Positions 19,682 through 28,690 of a stretch of 64,000 nucleotides of DNA are shown piece by piece. How positions within the stretch are numbered: the stretch's first letter is position 1; the number at the start of each line of letters is the position of its first letter. The notes under the pieces were generated by a model. It saw only the letters and a list, made by a program, of their open reading frames with translations, ran no database searches and was not told the DNA's origin. The position numbers and the translations under genes are program-made. The DNA is from Gemmataceae bacterium (GTDB lineage Bacteria > Planctomycetota > Planctomycetia > Gemmatales > Gemmataceae), in NCBI GenBank assembly GCA_046350135.1, contig JAXMBB010000004.1, positions 91,756 through 155,755 on the forward strand, given 5' to 3'.

Positions 19682-21568
19682 ATGGATGCGTTTTCACGGC
19701 GGGCGTTGCTTCACGGTGCGGCGGCGGTCGGTGGCGTGCTCGCGGCCAAGGCCGCGAGTGCGGGGCCACTCAACCAACTTCATGCGGCCAAGCATCCCGG
19801 CTGGGTCTTCGGCCGCATGACCGGGGCGCAGGGTCTCACCGAGGCGTTGCTCCTCGAAGGAACCGGCTGCGTGTACGGCATCCCCGGCGCCCAAGGCAAC
19901 GAACTCTGGGACACCTTCAAATCGAAGAAGCTTCCGTACCTGCTCGTCACGCATGAATACTCCGCGGCTTGCATGGCGGACGGCTACGCCCGCAGCACCG
20001 GGAAGCCCGGCGTGCTCTGCGTCGTGCCCGGCCCCGGCATCACGAACTGCCTCACCGGGCTCGGCGAAGCGTTGCTCGATTCCGTCCCCGTGGTCGCGAT
20101 CGTCGGCGATGTCGGCATCGGGGCGAAGGCCAAGCCGTTCCAAGTGCACGCACTACCGAATGTGGATCTGCTGCGCCCCGTGTGCAAATGCGTGTACCCC
20201 GTTCAAACGGTCGAACAGATTCCCGCGGCGGTGCGGCAGGCGTTCGCGGTTGCCGCGAGCGGCGAACCCGGCCCCGTCGCGGTCGTGGTGCCGTACAACC
20301 TGCTGATCGAAGCCGCGGATTACCGCGTGCCCCCTGTCGCGGTCGTGGAATCGACCTTCGACGAAACCGCATTTCAAAAGGCGGTCTCGCTTCTCGCGGA
20401 CAAGACGCAGCGGATCGGCATTTACGCCGGATACGGGTGCATGGACTTCGGCGAAGACTTGGCCGCGATCGCGGAGATGCTGCAGGCACCGGTCGCCACC
20501 AGTGTTTCGGGGAAGGGCGCGATCAACGAATCGCATCCGCTCGCCGTCGGTTGGGGATTCGGCCCGCACGCTTCGGAAGCGGCCGAAGTCGTGTTCGCCG
20601 GCGACAAGCTTCACCCACGTTCGGGCATCACCACGCTGCTCGCCATCGGCGTGAAATTCAGCGAAGTGAGCACCGGTTACTACGGCAACCCACAGCCCAG
20701 GCGAGTGATTCACGTCGATGCCAACCCGAACAACCTCGGCCGCGTGCTGAATACCGACGTGTGCGTGACCGCGGACGCCGGCGCGTTTCTCGCGCGTTTG
20801 AAGGAATGCAACGAGCTTCGCCGCCCCGCCGATGCGAAGCTGTGCCACCGCATTCAACAAGCCAAGGCGGAACAGGCGAAGGAATTGTGCGATGTGAAGC
20901 CCGGCAAGTGCGGGATCGATCCGCTCGCGGTGATCGGCTCGCTTCGCAAGGCGATGCCGGACGACGGCCTGCTCTTCACCGATGTGTCCGTTTCGGAGCA
21001 CCTCGCGGCCGAGCATTACCGCGTGTGCAAACCGCGGACGTACTTCAACCCGGTGGACAACCAGAGCATGGGGTGGAGCATCCCGGCCGCGATCGGAGCG
21101 CAGAAGGTGCATCACGGCCGCACGGTCGCCACGCTCACCGGCGACGGCTGCTTCCTCATGAGCGCGATGGAGATCTCCACCACGGCCCGCGAGGGCCTGC
21201 CGGTGAAGTTCTTCATCCTGGACGACCACGCCTACCACTACATGCAGATGTTGCAGAAGGCCGCGTACGCTCGCACCACGGCCACGCACCTCGCCCCGAT
21301 CAACTACCAGGCCTTGGCCACCGCCTTCAACGTGGCCTATCAGGACATCGCTTCGCCCGCCGATCTCGATGCCAAGGTGCGCGGCGCGTTCGAACACGAC
21401 GGCCCCGTGCTCACACGCATCAGCACCGACTACGGCGACCGCAAGATCCGCTGGATCGAATCCGTGCGAAAACGCTACTCCGGTGAACTGAGCGGGGCAC
21501 AGAAGGCCCGCTTCTTGGCCCGCCTCGGCGGCCGTGCGTTGAACATGCACCCGGAAGCGAACGACTGA
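19682..21568 (+). CDS. Thiamine-diphosphate-dependent enzyme (acetolactate synthase-like) with twin-arginine signal peptide
   Basis: MDAFSRRALLHG Tat-like leader; YGIPG, THEYSAACMADGYAR, VPGPG, SMGWSIPAAIGA, GDGCFLM. Confidence 0.88.
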   Translation: MDAFSRRALLHGAAAVGGVLAAKAASAGPLNQLHAAKHPGWVFGRMTGAQGLTEALLLEGTGCVYGIPGAQGNELWDTFKSKKLPYLLVTHEYSAACMADGYARSTGKPGVLCVVPGPGITNCLTGLGEALLDSVPVVAIVGDVGIGAKAKPFQVHALPNVDLLRPVCKCVYPVQTVEQIPAAVRQAFAVAASGEPGPVAVVVPYNLLIEAADYRVPPVAVVESTFDETAFQKAVSLLADKTQRIGIYAGYGCMDFGEDLAAIAEMLQAPVATSVSGKGAINESHPLAVGWGFGPHASEAAEVVFAGDKLHPRSGITTLLAIGVKFSEVSTGYYGNPQPRRVIHVDANPNNLGRVLNTDVCVTADAGAFLARLKECNELRRPADAKLCHRIQQAKAEQAKELCDVKPGKCGIDPLAVIGSLRKAMPDDGLLFTDVSVSEHLAAEHYRVCKPRTYFNPVDNQSMGWSIPAAIGAQKVHHGRTVATLTGDGCFLMSAMEISTTAREGLPVKFFILDDHAYHYMQMLQKAAYARTTATHLAPINYQALATAFNVAYQDIASPADLDAKVRGAFEHDGPVLTRISTDYGDRKIRWIESVRKRYSGELSGAQKARFLARLGGRALNMHPEAND

Positions 21569-21580
21569 TACAATGCCCGC

Positions 21581-21850
21581 ATGGAACCCGACAAAGGTGC
21601 AGCGGTGTTCGAGCGGCTCGTTTCTCCGTTGGGAGACTGCCTGACCGAGGAATCCGCCCGCCGGCTTCTCGCTTACAAGCCCGATCCGGATCTGGTGGCA
21701 CTTGTCGATGACATGGCCACCCGCCACACCGAAGGGCAGTTGACCCCGCAAGAACAAGCCGAGTACGGCCGGTACGTGTCGTACGCCACGTTCATCGCGA
21801 TCTTGAAGTCCCAAGCCCGGCGATTGCTGAACGCGTCCCAAGGTGCATGA
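21581..21850 (+). CDS. Small helical hypothetical protein, translationally coupled to an HNH gene (antitoxin-like)
   Basis: 89 aa with EGQLTPQEQAEY motif; its stop overlaps the next ATG. Confidence 0.7.
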   Translation: MEPDKGAAVFERLVSPLGDCLTEESARRLLAYKPDPDLVALVDDMATRHTEGQLTPQEQAEYGRYVSYATFIAILKSQARRLLNASQGA

Positions 21851-22254
21851 TGGACGCGGCGACGCGAGCCTTTGTGAGACAACGCGCCGGCCAGCGTTGT
21901 GAACACTGCCGGCTGCATCAAGACGATTACGAATTCCAGACTTTCCACGTCGAACACATCATCGCCAGACAGCATCGCGGTTCCGACGACGAGGGCAATC
22001 TCTGTCTGGCCTGCTCCGAGTGCAACTGGGCGAAGGGGCCGAATCTCGCGGGATTGTACGAGGGAGAACTCGTCGTGCTCTTCAATCCTCGCCGCCAGAA
22101 CTGGAACGATCACTTTCGCTGGGACGGCACACTGATCGTCGGCGAGACTCCAACCGGCATTGTCACCGTCCAAGTCTTGGACATGAATAGCGCAGCCAGA
22201 TTGCTCCTGCGGGAGAACCTGCTGTTCGACGGTCGCTTTCCGCCGGATGCGTGA
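21847..22254 (+). CDS. HNH endonuclease
   Basis: RAGQRCEHC, FHVEHIIARQHRG, NLCLACSECN..KG, LFNPRRQNW. Confidence 0.9.
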   Translation: MMDAATRAFVRQRAGQRCEHCRLHQDDYEFQTFHVEHIIARQHRGSDDEGNLCLACSECNWAKGPNLAGLYEGELVVLFNPRRQNWNDHFRWDGTLIVGETPTGIVTVQVLDMNSAARLLLRENLLFDGRFPPDA

Positions 22255-22259
22255 TCGCA

Positions 22260-24020
22260 CTACTTCTTCATCACCGCGCCGCTTTTCGGGTTGATCGTCA
22301 AGCCGAGTTTCTCGTTCGCATTGGTGTAGAAGAAGAAGCCGTACATCATTTCGTGGTGCGTCTGAGGGCCGTTGCGGACGGTCGCTTTCGGGTCCGGGTT
22401 GTACGGGTTGAACGATGAGTTGTCGAAGTGCGCGATGCACTCCAGCTTCGTCCCCTTCGGTAGCGTCTTCTTGCCCGTTTCCCAGTGGTACGGCAACTGC
22501 CACGCGAAATTGTAGTTCGGGATCACGAGCAGTGTATCAGTCTTGCCGTCGGGCAGGTGGGCCTTGAAAGTCATGTCCTTTCCTCGCAGGTGCATGTGCG
22601 AGAAGAGGCCGACGCCAGTCACGTCTTCGTCCAGCGTCCGGGTCGCGACCACCTTGTGGGCGGGCGCACCGGGCGGGATCGCGAAGCGGCGATCCGCCAG
22701 TTGGATGTGCCGCAGTCGCTTCTGCACTTCGACGCGCGGATATCGCAGACCCACCGAGAGGCGGCACTTCTCCGTCTTGCCCGTGGGCACGAAGTGGATC
22801 TGCAAGCCGAGCACGCAACCCTTGGGAATCAACACGGCGAGGCCGTCTTCAAGTGCCATCGGCTCGCCGCCCGGCACCGTGCCCGTGATGAAGTTGCTTT
22901 CCTGGAAGCCTTCCGTCAGGCTCGCGAACGCCATGTTGCAGTGGTGCAGGGACGCCGGGTTGTCCGACGTGATCTGCGCCTTCTGGATCCACGTGTCTTC
23001 GGTGAAGATGTGGAGCAGCACGGCGTACTGGTACGGGATGTCGCCCTTCGCGGGCAGTTCGAACGCCCCGGAGGTGAGCACGAGATCGGGTTCGCCGATC
23101 AGCCACTTGCCGGTCTCGGCCTTCGGCGCCGCGGGTGCCTTTGTCATGTCGCCGGGTGCGGCGCCGGTCTTCGCCCAGTCCGCGAGAATCGTCTTCTCAT
23201 CGTCCGTGAGGCCGCGCTTGTTCATGAACGGGCCGAACTCGTGGCTCGCGAACCACGGCGGCATCCGCTGATCGCGAACGACTTCGGCCAACGCATCGGC
23301 TCGCGCCGCGGCCTGCTTGGGGTTCGTCAGTGAGAACGGCGCCGAGCCGCCTTCCCGATGGCACTCCCAGCAATGCTTCTGAAGCACCGGTGCGACGTGC
23401 TCCGCAAACGTCACGTCCTTCGGCTTCCGCGCCTTCGGGAACGTGATGGGGCAGCCATCGGCTTCGGTTTCGGGCTTCTCCACGGGCTTGCCCGCGAGAA
23501 TGGCGTCGAGCGCGTCGCGGAGATCGTGCCGAGTCGGTTCCTTGCGAGTGCCGCCCAAGCGGTGTTGGTCGTCGATGCGGCCGCGATACCGGAGCATCTT
23601 CTTCTCGTCGATCACGACGACCTCCGGAGTGCGCGTCACGCCCAGGTTCTTGGCGGCCGCACCGTCGAAGTCCTTGCCGACGGGGAACTCGATGTCAAAG
23701 GTCACGGCTTGAGTCGCGGTGGCGATCAGTGTGTCGTCTTCGGCCGGGTTCAGTGCGAGGAACTGCACGCCCTTCGCGCGGTACTCCTTGTCCAGTTCCT
23801 GGAGTACCGGAAGGTAACGCTGGGCGACGGGGCACGAGGTGTTGATGAAGGCGACGACGATCGCCTTCTTCGGGCCGAAGTCTTCGGTCGTGCGCGGGAG
23901 GGAACGGATGTCGGTGAACTTCAGCTTCCCGACCGCTCCGCCAATCTTGACAGGGTCGTCGCCGCGGGCGTTGGAAGCCGCGGCGAGCAGCGCCGCGAGG
24001 AGCAATTGGGTGCGGAACAT
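22260..24020 (-). CDS. Secreted redoxin + cytochrome c + copper type II monooxygenase-like fusion
   Basis: Signal peptide; thioredoxin fold (SCPVA, RTPEV, YRGRIDD); CWECH heme motif; LHHC, SHMHLRG and EMM copper-ligand motifs. Confidence 0.85.
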   Translation of the reverse strand: MFRTQLLLAALLAAASNARGDDPVKIGGAVGKLKFTDIRSLPRTTEDFGPKKAIVVAFINTSCPVAQRYLPVLQELDKEYRAKGVQFLALNPAEDDTLIATATQAVTFDIEFPVGKDFDGAAAKNLGVTRTPEVVVIDEKKMLRYRGRIDDQHRLGGTRKEPTRHDLRDALDAILAGKPVEKPETEADGCPITFPKARKPKDVTFAEHVAPVLQKHCWECHREGGSAPFSLTNPKQAAARADALAEVVRDQRMPPWFASHEFGPFMNKRGLTDDEKTILADWAKTGAAPGDMTKAPAAPKAETGKWLIGEPDLVLTSGAFELPAKGDIPYQYAVLLHIFTEDTWIQKAQITSDNPASLHHCNMAFASLTEGFQESNFITGTVPGGEPMALEDGLAVLIPKGCVLGLQIHFVPTGKTEKCRLSVGLRYPRVEVQKRLRHIQLADRRFAIPPGAPAHKVVATRTLDEDVTGVGLFSHMHLRGKDMTFKAHLPDGKTDTLLVIPNYNFAWQLPYHWETGKKTLPKGTKLECIAHFDNSSFNPYNPDPKATVRNGPQTHHEMMYGFFFYTNANEKLGLTINPKSGAVMKK

Positions 24021-24041
24021 GTTCGCTCCTCGTGGCCGGGC

Positions 24042-25349
24042 TCAGTTCGTCGTCGCCTTGATGTTGTAACAGTACAGCACGTTGTGGTCGCGGATGTACA
24101 TCTTTCCGTTCGCGATCACGGGGTGGGCCCAGCTTTGGCTGAACCGCTTGTCGTTCGGCGGCGGCAGGTTGAACTGCGACACGATCTTGTGCTCGTCCTC
24201 GTTCGGCGACGGCTTCACGAGTGTCATCAGGCCGTTCGTGTAGCGGATGTAGAGCAGGCCGTCCGCGTAGGAGTACGCCGCGGAGCCGTTCGCCCCCTGC
24301 GGTTCGCGATCCGCGTGCCACACCTTCTCGCCGGTCTTGAAGTCGTAGCAAACGGGGATGCCCTTGTTCTGGCCGTGGCCGAAGTACACTTTGCCGTCGA
24401 TCAGGATCATGTTGCCGTGGTGGTTCATCGGGTCGTTCTTGGCGGACCAGATTTCCTTGACGTTCACCTTTTCCCCGGCTGCACTGAGTTGGAGGAGCGC
24501 GGAGCCGCCGCCGTAGGCCGTGGAGATGAACACGCGATCGCCCTCGACGATCGGCGTCGGGATCTGGGCCACGCCGCCGTACGCCGCGTTCTTGTGCTGC
24601 CACAGCAATTTGCCCGTGTCCGCGTGGACCCCGATCGCGCCGTTGGGTTGATCGAGAATGCCGATGTACATCGGGATGCCGCCGACGGTGGTCTTCATCG
24701 GAGAAGAGTAGCCGCCGCCGCCGCGCTGGTTGTCGATCTTGCCGAGTTGGGCCGCCCACTTCACTTCGCCGCTGTCCGCCTTCAGGGCCACGATGGCGCC
24801 CTTGCTGCCGCTCGGCACGCAGATCGCGACATCACCATCCACAAGTACGGAGTCGCAGAAGCCCCAAATCGGCGTCGAGGAGCCGAAGTCGCTCACATAG
24901 CTCTTTTGCCAGTCGATCTTGCCGGTCTTCGCATCCAAACGGGCGATGACGCCGTTGTTGTTCGTCACGGCGTAGAGTTTGCCGTTCGAGAATGTCGGCG
25001 TGCTGCTCGGCCCGACGTTCTGGTTCGGATTGCGGCTCGCGTCCAGCGGGGTGAACCACAGTTCCTTGCCGGTGGCCTCGTTCAGCGCGAAGACGCCGTC
25101 CTTTCCGTCGCGGCTGCCCATGCCGAACACCTTGCCGTCCGCGACGGACGGCGAGGCGAACCCCGATCCGAGATTGGTGGCAGTCCACGCTTTGGTCGGC
25201 CCGCCTTTCGGCCACGTTTTCAGCAAGCCCTTCTCCGGCGATTTGCCGTCGCGGTTCTGGCCGCGCCACTGGGGCCAATCGTTGGGGCCGGCGAGGGCCG
25301 CACCCGTGAACAGCAGTGCGAAGACGAACGAGGATGCGCGAACGGACAT
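24042..25349 (-). CDS. PQQ-like/BamB-type beta-propeller secreted protein
   Basis: Signal peptide then DWPQWRG; repeated TGKxLW; WAHPVIANGKMYIRD. Confidence 0.88.
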   Translation of the reverse strand: MSVRASSFVFALLFTGAALAGPNDWPQWRGQNRDGKSPEKGLLKTWPKGGPTKAWTATNLGSGFASPSVADGKVFGMGSRDGKDGVFALNEATGKELWFTPLDASRNPNQNVGPSSTPTFSNGKLYAVTNNNGVIARLDAKTGKIDWQKSYVSDFGSSTPIWGFCDSVLVDGDVAICVPSGSKGAIVALKADSGEVKWAAQLGKIDNQRGGGGYSSPMKTTVGGIPMYIGILDQPNGAIGVHADTGKLLWQHKNAAYGGVAQIPTPIVEGDRVFISTAYGGGSALLQLSAAGEKVNVKEIWSAKNDPMNHHGNMILIDGKVYFGHGQNKGIPVCYDFKTGEKVWHADREPQGANGSAAYSYADGLLYIRYTNGLMTLVKPSPNEDEHKIVSQFNLPPPNDKRFSQSWAHPVIANGKMYIRDHNVLYCYNIKATTN

Positions 25350-25451
25350 GGCGGCAGCGACTCCAAGGATGATCGGGTGGAAGCCCCGTGAAACGGGGTT
25401 GCGGGGAGGCATTGGTTCAGATTACCGCGAGGCGATCGAGTTGCAAGACGA

Positions 25452-26861
25452 TCAGGCGGCGGCCCACCGCTTCAGAAGTGGAGCGGTGGCGAGCGTGGTG
25501 GCCAACGCCATCACCACCATCATGGCGAAGAGCGTGGGCGAGATGACGCCCAAGTTCAGGCCGATGTCAAGCACGATGAGGCCCATGAGGCCGCGGGTGT
25601 TCATCATCGCGCCGAGTGCGGCGGCCGTGCGGGTGTCTCGGCCGGCGAACTTGGCCGCCGCGAACGTGCCGCCGAGTTTCCCGAGGGTGGCCACCGCGAT
25701 GATTGCCGCCGCGATCAGAAGGTTCTCCCATCCGCCGATCAGGCCCAAGTTCGTGCGAAGCCCGGAGAGTGCGAAGAACGCCGGCAGCAGCAGCACGGTC
25801 ACCACGTCCTTCAAGCGGCGGGTGAACTCGCGGGCCAGGAGCGAATCGTGCGGAATGACCGCGCCGAAGAGGAACGCGCCGAACACCGCATGGATGCCGA
25901 TCAGTTCCGTGGCGAGGGCGGCGAGCAGCACCGCGACGAACGCCACCGGAATGGCGGCGGGGTGCAGCGTCTCACCCGCCGTGAACCGCCTTAGGAGCGG
26001 CCGGACCACGAAAAACATCACGAGAATAAATGCCATCGCGCCGGCGATCACGCCGAGGCCTTCGTTCAATTTCGACTGGGCGATGCCGACCACGAATGCG
26101 AGCAGGCACCACGCGGTCACGTCGTCCGCCGCGGCACAACCGAGTGCGAGCACGCCCAGTTCGGACTTCTCCAGTCCGCGGTCCGCCAGAATGCGGGCGA
26201 GCACGGGGAATGCGGTGACGGACATCGCCGCCCCGAGGAAGAGCGCGAAACTGGTGAAGGGCACGCCGCGGTGCGAAAGCACGGGGTAGAGCGGCAGTGC
26301 GAGCGCGGCCCCGAGCACGAACGGCACCACGATGCTGGCATGCGACACGGCGATGGTCGCATGCGCCTGGTGCCGGAGTTTCGCCCCGTTCAATTCCAGC
26401 CCGATGAGGAACATGTACAGGATCACGCCGAGTTGCGCGATCATGCGCAGGGCGGAGAGCACATGCCCTTCGGGGTCGGCGGAGCTGTCCGGAATCAGGG
26501 CGTGCATCGCGTCCGGCGAGATGGCACCCAGCAGGGACGGGCCAAGCACGATACCGGCGATCACTTCCCCGATCACCGGTGGCTGTCCGATGAAGCGGAA
26601 TGCGCGGCCGAGCAGGAACCCGAGACCGATCACGGCGGCCAGCGTGGCGAGAACGTGCGGCAGAACATGAACTCGGCCTGCGGCCGGCTTCGCCATCGAG
26701 ATCGCGTCCGCAGGAACTTCTGGTGCGACCAGCGTCTCACCGGCCGCTTGGATCACGAAGAACGCCCCGACCGTGGCCGCCAGCATGGCCACGTACGCGA
26801 GCGCCGCCGATGCGAATCGCGGCGGCGACGTGCGAATCGGTGGTTCGTGCAGGGTGTTCAC
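25452..26861 (-). CDS. Cation:proton antiporter (CPA2/Kef-type membrane domain)
   Basis: QPPVIGEVIAGIVLGPSLLG, FLIGLEL, SVTAFPVLARIL, AAADDVTAW, MNTRGL. Confidence 0.9.
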   Translation of the reverse strand: MNTLHEPPIRTSPPRFASAALAYVAMLAATVGAFFVIQAAGETLVAPEVPADAISMAKPAAGRVHVLPHVLATLAAVIGLGFLLGRAFRFIGQPPVIGEVIAGIVLGPSLLGAISPDAMHALIPDSSADPEGHVLSALRMIAQLGVILYMFLIGLELNGAKLRHQAHATIAVSHASIVVPFVLGAALALPLYPVLSHRGVPFTSFALFLGAAMSVTAFPVLARILADRGLEKSELGVLALGCAAADDVTAWCLLAFVVGIAQSKLNEGLGVIAGAMAFILVMFFVVRPLLRRFTAGETLHPAAIPVAFVAVLLAALATELIGIHAVFGAFLFGAVIPHDSLLAREFTRRLKDVVTVLLLPAFFALSGLRTNLGLIGGWENLLIAAAIIAVATLGKLGGTFAAAKFAGRDTRTAAALGAMMNTRGLMGLIVLDIGLNLGVISPTLFAMMVVMALATTLATAPLLKRWAAA

Positions 26862-28117
26862 GCCGACAAGGCCTCATACGGCGCGATGTTCTGTTCCTTT
26901 CGGAGGTCGTCCATCAGCGGCCAGAGTTGGTCCACTTCGTCCTTGAACACGTCGCCGATCAGCACGTCCGTCACGAGGCCCTTCAAGTGCGGGTGCTTTT
27001 TCACGAAGCGGCCGAAGCTGAGCCCGTCGTAGAACTCGCAGACGAGCCGGCGGATGCGGTTCATCCCTTGCACGTACGGCGTCTCCCACTCGCGGAGGGA
27101 CGCCTCGCTCGTGTCGCCGGACTTCAGAGCATCGTCGATCGCGTCGGCCGCCATCGAAGCGGACGTCATGGCGAGCAGCAAGCCGGAGGAGTACAGCGGA
27201 TCGAGGAAGCCGAACGCGTCGCCGATGAGGCACCAGCCGTCGCCCGCGGCTTGCTTCGCGCGGTACGAGTATTCCTTCTGGATGCGAAACTCATCGCAGC
27301 GGGTGGCCGGCGCGATCAACGGCTGTAACCCCGGTGCCTTCGCCACTTCCTCGAAATAGATCGCCTCCGGATCCTTGCTGTCGCGGTTCTTCAGGAGATA
27401 CTCCGCGTCGGCCACCACACCCACGCTGATGATGTCGTCGTGCAGCGGGATGTACCAGAACCAGCCCTTCTTGCCCTGCGTCTGGATGACGAGCGTCGCG
27501 CCTTCGTCTTTGCCCGTGTCGCGGCGGGCGCCCTTCCAGTATGTCCACAGCGCGGCTTTCTTCAACTGCGGATCCCAGTCGCGGAGGCCGAAGCGGTCGA
27601 TGATCAGCGTGCTCTGGCCGCTGGCGTCAATCACGACTTTCGAGCGCACCTCCCGCTCGGGCCCGTCCTCCGGCTTCACCCGCACCCCGACCGCCCGCTT
27701 GCCCTCGAACAGCACCTCGTGCACGCGGGCGCCTTCATGCACCGTCACGCCCTGTTCGCGGGCGTGGTCCAACGAGAGCTTGTCGAACTCGCTGCGCCGG
27801 ACCTGCCAAGTCTGGCTCGATTCGTGCGGCTTGTTGTCCCAGAAGAAGAACGGCTCGCTGAGTTTGCCGTTCTGGCTGATGAACTGCACCGAGTGCTTCT
27901 TCGTGAAGTGGCTGGCCTTCATCTTGGCGAGCAACCCGGTGCGCTGGATCGGGTAGTACGTGTTGGGGATCATCGACTCGCCGATGTGGAAGCGCGGGAA
28001 GTGCTCGCGCTCGAATAGTTCGACCTTGTAGCCCTTCTGGGCGAGGATGGCGGCCGCGGTGCTCCCCGAGGGGCCGCCGCCGACGATGACGATATCCGGG
28101 TTCATGGCAGTCCTCAT
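26858..28117 (-). CDS. Flavin-dependent halogenase-family oxidoreductase
   Basis: GGGPSG FAD motif, FPRFHIGES, GWFWYIP (WxWxIP), IGDAFGFLDPLYSSG. Start is ATG 28117 (overlaps the MarR stop) or ATG 28105. Confidence 0.88.
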   Translation of the reverse strand: MRTAMNPDIVIVGGGPSGSTAAAILAQKGYKVELFEREHFPRFHIGESMIPNTYYPIQRTGLLAKMKASHFTKKHSVQFISQNGKLSEPFFFWDNKPHESSQTWQVRRSEFDKLSLDHAREQGVTVHEGARVHEVLFEGKRAVGVRVKPEDGPEREVRSKVVIDASGQSTLIIDRFGLRDWDPQLKKAALWTYWKGARRDTGKDEGATLVIQTQGKKGWFWYIPLHDDIISVGVVADAEYLLKNRDSKDPEAIYFEEVAKAPGLQPLIAPATRCDEFRIQKEYSYRAKQAAGDGWCLIGDAFGFLDPLYSSGLLLAMTSASMAADAIDDALKSGDTSEASLREWETPYVQGMNRIRRLVCEFYDGLSFGRFVKKHPHLKGLVTDVLIGDVFKDEVDQLWPLMDDLRKEQNIAPYEALSA

Positions 28118-28602
28118 TTCCAAACGGAATGTTCGGGTTCGTGCGGCTCGCGGGCCGCCTTCAGGAGCTCGATCAGTTGGCGGAGTTCGGCCGGGCTCAT
28201 GTGGCCGAGTTGCTTCGCGTGGCAGGCCTTGAGCGGTGCCGCGATCTCCTCGATCAGCGCGAAGCCGGGTTCGGCCAAGCCCACGAGCACGGAACGGCGG
28301 TTCTCCGGCGGCCGCACCCGCGTGATGAGCCCGCGTTCCTCCAACTTGTCCAGCATCCGCGTGATGTCGGGCGCTCGTGAGACGAGCCGTTCGGCCAGCA
28401 TCAGCGTGGGAAGCGGGTTCGGGTGCTCGGCGCGGAGGAGACGCAACGCGTTGTACTGCTGCGGCGTGAGTTCGAAGCGGGCGAAGAGTTCGTCCTCGTG
28501 GGCGCGAAGGCGGTCGTAGGTGCGCCAGAGGGCGAGGAACGCCTCCTGCTGCGGGGAATCGAACCGGCGGCAGCTTCGCTTCGCGGGCGCGGCAGCACTC
28601 AT
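28114..28602 (-). CDS. MarR-family transcriptional regulator
   Basis: LTPQQYNALRLL, APDITRMLDKLEERGLITR, NRRSVLV. Confidence 0.9.
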   Translation of the reverse strand: MSAAAPAKRSCRRFDSPQQEAFLALWRTYDRLRAHEDELFARFELTPQQYNALRLLRAEHPNPLPTLMLAERLVSRAPDITRMLDKLEERGLITRVRPPENRRSVLVGLAEPGFALIEEIAAPLKACHAKQLGHMSPAELRQLIELLKAAREPHEPEHSVWK

Positions 28603-28617
28603 GTTTGAACTTTACTC

Positions 28618-28642
28618 ATCGGAACGATACTTGTCCAGACAA
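28618..28642. promoter_or_regulatory. Candidate MarR operator (two short palindromes)
   Basis: ATCG-GAA-CGAT and TTGTC-CA-GACAA just upstream of the marR start, in an AT-rich patch. Confidence 0.4.
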
Positions 28643-28690
28643 TTAAAACCGAACGCTTGCGGCGGCCACCGGCCCTGCTATCCTTCGGGC

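Noticed and set aside
19682-21568. Calling the ThDP enzyme ilvB because ilvC and ilvD are in the window
   Set aside because: The genes are 12-21 kb away, no ilvN is adjacent, and the Tat-like leader argues against a cytoplasmic AHAS.
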